A stretch of DNA of 28,936 nt from contig JBEEGY010000106.1 of the NCBI GenBank assembly GCA_041167145.1, forward strand, positions 1-28,936, read 5' to 3'. A model generated the notes under the pieces. The model saw nothing but the letters and a program-made list of their open reading frames with translations. It had not been told where the DNA came from and did no database searches. Position numbers and translations under genes: made by a program. Origin of the DNA: Verrucomicrobiota bacterium (GTDB taxonomy: Bacteria > Verrucomicrobiota > Verrucomicrobiia > Chthoniobacterales > UBA10450). Shown here in pieces: positions 25,069 to 28,936 of the stretch. Every line of letters starts with the position of its first letter. Position 1 is the stretch's first letter.

Positions 25069-27512
25069 GCATTGCGCGCTGCGTGGCCGGTCTTCTTGGA
25101 CTGGCTACGTTGCTCCTAACTGATCCAATTGTTTTCGCACAACGCCCGACCGAGGTGCGCCGTGCTCAGCCTGCGAATGACACTCCGGTCCCGCGTGCGT
25201 TGCCGCCTGAAGAAATCCCTCCGCCGCCTGTCGCCTCTGCGCCATCGTCGCCGGAATCCGAATCGCCTCCGCGGCGTCAACTCGATTACGCCAACGCTCT
25301 TTTTACCCGCAAGTTGTACGATCTCGCCGTCCCCGAATATCAAAAGTATCTCGAGAATTACCCCGGCGCTCCCGGCCGCGCCAATGCCTACTTCTCGCTC
25401 GGCGAATGCTATCGCAATCTCGGCAAGGCGGGGACGGCACGCACGAATTTCCAAAAAGTGCTCGATGATTATGGCGAAAGCGATTTTGCCGGGTCGGCTG
25501 CCTACGCCCTCGCCGAGATGGCTTTCACAAACAAGAACTATGCGGCCGCGCTCCCGCTTTTTCACCGCTCTGCCGCCAAGTCGAAAGAATCCGCCGTCGC
25601 CCTTTCCGCGCGGTATTTTGAAGCACGCTGTCTCGAGATTCTCGATCGCAAGGATGAAGCCTGTGATATTTATCTTCAGGTAGCCGAGGTAAAAAATCCG
25701 AATCCCTATCGTGAAGATGCGCGGCAGACCGGCGCTGCGCTTGCCTTGGCTCGGGGGCGCAAAACCGATGCGCTGAGACAATACGAAGCGCTTTCTAACG
25801 AAACGCAGAAACCTGCGTTAAAGGCGGAAGCAGCCGTGCGTGCTGGCTTGCTTGCGGTCGATCTTCAACAGCCCGAAAAAGGCAAGATCGACAAGGCGAT
25901 GGGCGAGAAAGCTCAGGCCCTCTTGCAAAAGGCACGGGCTTTGCCCGAAGGGGGGCGGTGGCGGGGGATTGCGCAAGTGGGACTGCTGCGTTTGCAATTT
26001 CAGTCCGGCCAATTCGCGCAATTACTGGCCGATTACAAAAAGGTTCAGGAACAACTTCCCGAAGAAGCGCGTGCCGAAGTCATGTTGTTCGCCGCCAACA
26101 GTCACCGGCAACTGGGGGACACCGCGGAGGCGGAGGAGCTTTACCGGCAAATCATTGCCAAATATGCCAATCGTGAGGAGGGCAGGGAGGCTCGTTATCA
26201 GCGACTCATTAATGTCTACAACTCCGATCCAAACGCGCTCCTCGCCGAAGTGGATGAGTTCCTTCAATCGAACCCAACGGCCGAACGCGCCGATCAGGCG
26301 AAACTGTTAAAGGCGGAGGCGCTTTACAAACAGCAGAAGTTCGCGGAAGCAGCACCCATTTATGCAGAGCTCCGCGCTTCGCAGCTTTCAGGAAAGCTGC
26401 GGGCGGAAACGGCCTACAAGCTTGGTTGGTGTTACGTGCAGATGAAAGACGTTCCGGGCATTGTAGAGGCGTTCGGTTTCTTTATTCAGGCGTTTCCTGA
26501 TAATGCCCAGGCGCCGTCCGCTCTCGCCCAGCGCGCTTTAGTGTATCAACAGGACAAAAATTACAACGCCGCCTTGTCCGATCTGAACATCATCCTGACG
26601 AAGTATCCGGCAGCGAAAGAACGAGAGGCGGCATTGCAACAGAAGGCCTTGATTCTCGGGCAGCAGGAAAATCCGAAAGGAATGACCGATGCGTTCAAAC
26701 AGCTCTTAAAGGAGTTTCCCAAGAGCAGTGTCGCCGCTCAGGCGCAGTATTACATCGGCAAAGCTGCGTTTGAAGCCAAAGACTACAAAACTGCGCTCGC
26801 TGGTCTTAACGCCGCTCGCCAGCTCAACAAAGAGCAATACTACAATCTCGCTACTGTCCGCATTATTTCGTGTCACTTTTACATGAAGAACCGGCCGGCA
26901 CTGACAAAGGAGATGGATGAATTCATGGCGGCGAGTTCGCCAACGGCTGCGCCGGCTGAGATATTGGAGTGGCTCGGCATCGAGTATTACAACGAGAAGA
27001 ATTATCCCGCGGCCGAAAAGTATCTCAGCGCCTTGGGCAAGATCGACAGTCGCGGAAACGCCAAGCCGGACTTTTGGTTCTATCTTGGCGACGCGGCATC
27101 CAGGTTGAAAAATTTCGATGAAGCGGAGAATGCATTCAGTAATTATTTACAGACCGCTACCGATCCTGCCGGTAAAGCAAAAGTGTTGCTCGCGCTCGGC
27201 GCTGTTAAAATCAGCGCGCACAAAGCCGACGACGCGCAAAAGATCGCCGAGGAAATCATGACGCTGCAGCCGGAAGGGCGCGTGAATGCAGAAGCGCGTC
27301 TCCTTGCCGGCGACGTGCAACTCGAGCGCGGCAATTTCGACGAAGCTGGCAAGGCGTTCATGGGCGTCGCCTTGCTCTATGATGATCCTGCCATCACGCC
27401 GCGCGCCTTGCAGAAGGCCGCCCAGTCCTATCAACGCGCCGGTCGCACAGCGGAGGCCGACCGCGTCAGCCAGCAATTGCGAGAGAAGTATCCGAACTAC
27501 GCTGGCGGTTAG
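25065..27512 (+). CDS. Large exported multi-TPR protein (CpoB/YbgF/BamD-like repeats)
   Basis: ATGA overlap with exbD. Signal peptide ending VFA-Q; Pro-rich linker; many TPR pairs (AYFSLGECYRNLG, TAYKLGWCY, AQYYIGKAAF, WFYLGDAA). Confidence 0.85.
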   Translation: MSIARCVAGLLGLATLLLTDPIVFAQRPTEVRRAQPANDTPVPRALPPEEIPPPPVASAPSSPESESPPRRQLDYANALFTRKLYDLAVPEYQKYLENYPGAPGRANAYFSLGECYRNLGKAGTARTNFQKVLDDYGESDFAGSAAYALAEMAFTNKNYAAALPLFHRSAAKSKESAVALSARYFEARCLEILDRKDEACDIYLQVAEVKNPNPYREDARQTGAALALARGRKTDALRQYEALSNETQKPALKAEAAVRAGLLAVDLQQPEKGKIDKAMGEKAQALLQKARALPEGGRWRGIAQVGLLRLQFQSGQFAQLLADYKKVQEQLPEEARAEVMLFAANSHRQLGDTAEAEELYRQIIAKYANREEGREARYQRLINVYNSDPNALLAEVDEFLQSNPTAERADQAKLLKAEALYKQQKFAEAAPIYAELRASQLSGKLRAETAYKLGWCYVQMKDVPGIVEAFGFFIQAFPDNAQAPSALAQRALVYQQDKNYNAALSDLNIILTKYPAAKEREAALQQKALILGQQENPKGMTDAFKQLLKEFPKSSVAAQAQYYIGKAAFEAKDYKTALAGLNAARQLNKEQYYNLATVRIISCHFYMKNRPALTKEMDEFMAASSPTAAPAEILEWLGIEYYNEKNYPAAEKYLSALGKIDSRGNAKPDFWFYLGDAASRLKNFDEAENAFSNYLQTATDPAGKAKVLLALGAVKISAHKADDAQKIAEEIMTLQPEGRVNAEARLLAGDVQLERGNFDEAGKAFMGVALLYDDPAITPRALQKAAQSYQRAGRTAEADRVSQQLREKYPNYAGG

Positions 27513-27526
27513 GCTCGTCCTTGCCT

Positions 27527-27544
27527 GCCCCGCGGTGGCGGGGC
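27527..27544 (+). terminator. GC-rich hairpin after the TPR gene
   Basis: GCCCCGC-GGTG-GCGGGGC, 7-bp stem with no U-tract. Confidence 0.35.
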
Positions 27545-27626
27545 GTAGTCCAACAGATCGACAGCTGCCTCTCCGGCGTAGCACAACGTCGTTGCCACGG
27601 CGCGATTGATTTGATTGCATCGAGAC

Positions 27627-28289
27627 ATGGAAAAGCTCCGTCCTCTTATTGCGGAATTCATTGGAACGTTTGCTCTTATTTTTGTCGGCATCGGCGCCAT
27701 CAAGACCGCGGGCGACAATGTGCTCGCGGTTGCGCTCGCTCATGGTCTGACGATTGCCGCGTTCGTAGCGGCCACCCTTCACATCTCCGGCGGGCAACTT
27801 AATCCCGCCGTCACGCTTGGGCTGGTTTGCGGAGGGCACATGTCGATTGGCGCTGCTATTCGCTACTGGATCGCCCAGCTGCTCGGCGCATATGCCGCAG
27901 CGTTGATTTGTCTCGGTCTCTTCGCGCGCGACGTTGTCATCACCGGCACACCGCAACTCGCCATCAATCTCACGCCAGCGCAGGGGATCCTTGTGGAAGC
28001 GATCCTCACTTTTTTTCTCGTCTTTGTCGTTCACGGCACGGCCGTCGACACGCGGGCAACAACGCCTGCGGCCATCGCCATAGGATCGACAATCACACTC
28101 GATATCTTGTTTGGCGGACCGTTAACCGGCGCCGCCATGAATCCGGCGCGCGTTTTCGGTCCGGCGCTGGCGGCGAACTTTTGGAAAGACCACCTGGTTT
28201 ATTGGATCGGACCTTTCCTGGGGGCCGCGCTTGCCGGGCTGGTTTATCGCGTTTTTATCGAACGCAAACCGGCGGCGGCTGTTAGTTAA
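27627..28289 (+). CDS. MIP-family aquaporin (two NPA motifs)
   Basis: LIAEFIGTF; HISGGQLNPAVT; LVEAILTFFLVFVV; TGAAMNPARVFGPA; HLVYWIGPFLGAALA. Start placed at ATG 27627. Confidence 0.93.
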   Translation: MEKLRPLIAEFIGTFALIFVGIGAIKTAGDNVLAVALAHGLTIAAFVAATLHISGGQLNPAVTLGLVCGGHMSIGAAIRYWIAQLLGAYAAALICLGLFARDVVITGTPQLAINLTPAQGILVEAILTFFLVFVVHGTAVDTRATTPAAIAIGSTITLDILFGGPLTGAAMNPARVFGPALAANFWKDHLVYWIGPFLGAALAGLVYRVFIERKPAAAVS

Positions 28290-28809
28290 GCGCGATCGCG
28301 AGCGTCTCAATAGGCAGCGGCGTTAGAAAGTCTTTCGCGTCGTCCACTTTTAGGACCGGCTGCGCCAAGTGAGCAGCCAGGAAACTTGTGTCCGGTTTAT
28401 CCGCGATCCCAGCCTGCGCCGTGATCTCGCAGTCTTTTAGTTGTTCGATCACGCGTGAAACTTTTTCAAGCAGATTACGATTATCAGTGAACTGAATTGT
28501 AGAAATACCCGGCGCGGTCGCTTCCACAAACGGGCTGAGCGTAAAAGAGTAATGAAGCAAAGTTTCCTGGATCGATTGTTCCTGGGCGCGTGCTCGCACC
28601 TTGATCATGACTTGCAACGAACGCGCCAATGCCTGGCTCGGGGTCATTCCTTTGCGAACGCCCGTACATTCGGCAGCTTCATTCAGTTGAATGATGACGG
28701 GTTTCCTTTCCCGCTCCTCGATCAATGCCAGTGGTTTAATTCGCAATTCCGGTTGATGCCGGAGGGCGGCCTGCAAATAAAAATTCGGCAAATAGAGGGT
28801 CGCAAACAT
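28282..28809 (-). CDS. Short ImuB-like (inactive Y-family polymerase N-terminal/IMS domain), 175 aa
   Basis: MFATLYLPNFYLQA; LNEAAECTGVRKGMTPSQALAR; LSPFVE; AQAGIAD; FLTPLPIETL. Lacks the catalytic DMD motif and ends at the start of the thumb domain. Confidence 0.75.
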   Translation of the reverse strand: MFATLYLPNFYLQAALRHQPELRIKPLALIEERERKPVIIQLNEAAECTGVRKGMTPSQALARSLQVMIKVRARAQEQSIQETLLHYSFTLSPFVEATAPGISTIQFTDNRNLLEKVSRVIEQLKDCEITAQAGIADKPDTSFLAAHLAQPVLKVDDAKDFLTPLPIETLAIALN

Positions 28810-28934
28810 CAGCTCGCTCGTGCGTCGAGGGTCGATCTCAGGTGCGATCGTTGGATTTGAACACGCAACCGTGAAATCGCATCGTCCTCTTCGAGCGTTT
28901 CCAACGACCACGCATTTTCGAGAACGATTTTCAA
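28809..28934 (-). CDS. 3' end of an upstream gene coupled to the ImuB-like gene (possibly ImuA/RecA-like; partial)
   Basis: The frame is open from the window edge (LKIVLENAWSLETLEEDDAISRLRVQIQRSHLRSTLDARAS*) and its TGA overlaps the ImuB-like ATG (TGATG). Identity is inferred from synteny only. Confidence 0.5.
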   Translation of the reverse strand: MKIVLENAWSLETLEEDDAISRLRVQIQRSHLRSTLDARAS

Positions 28935-28936
28935 TT

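Larger units (their letters stand above)
3409..27048. repeat. Dispersed 10-mer AAGATCGACA (extended consensus YAAGATCGACAWY), at least 12 exact copies
   Basis: + strand starts: 3409, 4842, 6041, 6938, 10886, 15424, 24641, 25884, 27039. - strand (TGTCGATCTT on +): 16984, 20338, 21728. One-mismatch copies at 11613, 14234, 15208, 16913, 18637, 25856, 27554, 28082. Counted by eye. Confidence 0.85.

Noticed and set aside
783-28299. HIP1-like palindrome GCGATCGC (783, 22425, 28292)
   Set aside because: Only three copies seen, within reach of chance given general GATC/CG richness, unlike the 10-mer.
1-28936. CRISPR array, prophage, transposase or defence island
   Set aside because: No regularly spaced direct repeats and no such protein motifs; the 10-mer copies are kilobases apart and embedded in genes.

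Overview
A gene-dense core-chromosome window (GC roughly mid-50s % by eye) of a diderm bacterium. The gene set and protein style suggest Verrucomicrobiota (Chthoniobacterales-like); this is inference, not shown by the sequence. Order: 3' end of coaX; a large TPR/transmembrane protein; an M29 aminopeptidase; rsmB; ugd; lptD; a ketosynthase plus catalytically dead ketosynthase (KS/CLF-like) pair; an RRM protein; a glycine-zipper/histone-like protein; tRNA-Tyr; a DegT-family aminotransferase; a 58-aa membrane ORF missed by the ORF track; mqnD; parB; a glutaminyl-cyclase-like M28 enzyme; a parvulin PPIase; a beta-hydroxyacid dehydrogenase with a long tail; ygfZ; a SufR-like regulator; glgE; exbB-exbD-TPR; a TIP-like aquaporin; a truncated ImuB-like gene and the end of its upstream partner. 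No integrase, transposase, phage gene or CRISPR array was seen. The strongest signal not explained by the genes is a non-palindromic 10-mer, AAGATCGACA, found at least 12 times exactly, on both strands, in three codon contexts and in intergenic gaps, which is how a DNA-uptake-sequence-type motif behaves. Other highlights: a cysteine-free LptD, an orphan KS/CLF pair, a possible Q-rule/pyroglutamate system, 20-bp inverted repeats bracketing tRNA-Tyr, and several apparently leaderless transcripts. All motif counts were made by eye and need computational confirmation.
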